DNA of 32,000 nucleotides from Candidatus Paracaedimonas acanthamoebae (GTDB lineage Bacteria; Pseudomonadota; Alphaproteobacteria; Caedimonadales; Caedimonadaceae): NCBI GenBank assembly GCA_000743035.1, contig CP008940.1, positions 33,131 to 65,130 of the forward strand, read 5' to 3'. Shown piece by piece: positions 31,503 to 32,000 of this stretch (position 1 is its first letter; each line of letters starts with the position of its first letter). The notes under the pieces were generated by a model. It saw only the letters and a program-made list of their open reading frames with translations, ran no database searches and was not told where the DNA came from. The position numbers and the translations under genes were made by a program.

Positions 31503-31961
31503 TTAATTCTTTCTAAGGGTTGGGGAATTGCTAATAAGAAAACGGCTTGGCTTAGCTGAGGAGCCAGTCTTTTTGATGTTAATGAGAAGACGAATGGTTA
31601 TAAAAATAGCCATTAAGATATTAAATAAGGCAACCATAAAGGCGGAATGGAATATCAAAAACATACCGGATTCCAAAGGATACTGAATAATACACATCAG
31701 GGTACCCAGAAACTCATCGGAAGACATGTTCGCAAGGAGAATACCCGCCCAAGCACAGTTTATGCTTAAGACACAACAAATGGCTAAGATTACAGCAATG
31801 ACAGAGCCTTTTCCTCGCCTATAACGCTTATAGAAAATCATGAGCGCCACAACAGGTGAGAGCCATACACATGCGCCAACGAGAATGGCAGAGAGGATCC
31901 CAGGTAGTATTCTCCATGTGGCATTCTGAAAATATATAAAATACGCACCGAAACTCACCAA
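31503..31961 (-). CDS. Polytopic membrane protein immediately upstream of the coupling protein gene (5' end uncertain)
   Basis: Several hydrophobic spans (ILSAILVGACVWLSPVVALMIFY, VIAVILAICCVLSINCAWAGILLA, MFLIFHSAFMVALFNILMAIFITI). Only 3 nt lie between its stop and the traG start codon. The frame stays open to the window edge at 32000, and the listed start is TTG. Confidence 0.5.
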   Translation of the reverse strand: MVSFGAYFIYFQNATWRILPGILSAILVGACVWLSPVVALMIFYKRYRRGKGSVIAVILAICCVLSINCAWAGILLANMSSDEFLGTLMCIIQYPLESGMFLIFHSAFMVALFNILMAIFITIRLLINIKKTGSSAKPSRFLISNSPTLRKN

Positions 31962-32000
31962 GAGCGGCCATCCTGCTCGTAAGGCCGTTCTAATAAGAGT

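Noticed and set aside
1-32000. CRISPR arrays, rRNA and tRNA genes
   Set aside because: I found no regularly spaced direct repeats and no tRNA-like T-arm or acceptor patterns in the intergenic regions I read. The scan was by eye, so a tRNAscan/Rfam run should confirm it.

Overview
Visibly AT-rich accessory DNA, heavily colonised by insertion sequences. It looks like plasmid or ICE-derived sequence from an intracellular, host-associated bacterium; that host inference rests on Sel1-repeat proteins, toxin-antitoxin (TA) pairs, IS debris and a Ti-type transfer module. Left third (0.7-8.3 kb): a cluster of signal-peptide proteins with nucleic-acid-directed domains. It holds two Smr-domain proteins, a pentapeptide-repeat protein, and a ~650-aa protein with two RNase III domains (one catalytically intact, one degenerate) plus dsRNA-binding domains, interrupted by a Phd/PIN TA pair and an IS6-derived miniature element. 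Two of these genes share a near-identical 5' UTR, RBS and signal-peptide cassette. The pentapeptide and short Smr ORFs are in the same frame, separated only by one TGA. Middle (8.5-17.8 kb): intact IS110-family (two different) and IS6-family elements, fragments of IS3, IS5/IS903, IS6 and IS110 elements, Sel1-repeat genes and a Sel1 pseudogene, an AbrB/PIN vapBC pair and a umuC 3' remnant. Right (17.8-32 kb): an Rpn/YhgA-like nuclease, a ProQ/FinO-family protein and a Ti-plasmid-type DNA transfer (Dtr) module. The module comprises a truncated relaxase paralog with a broken His-triad, traC/traD-like genes, an oriT with an RSF1010-like GTGCGxCCCT core, a 2365-aa TraA fusing MobA/MobL relaxase, RecD-like helicase and Toprim primase with two C-terminal tandem repeats, and a TraG/VirD4 coupling protein. 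I saw no rRNA, tRNA or CRISPR array. The best candidate for something new is the secreted tandem-RNase III / Smr / pentapeptide island.
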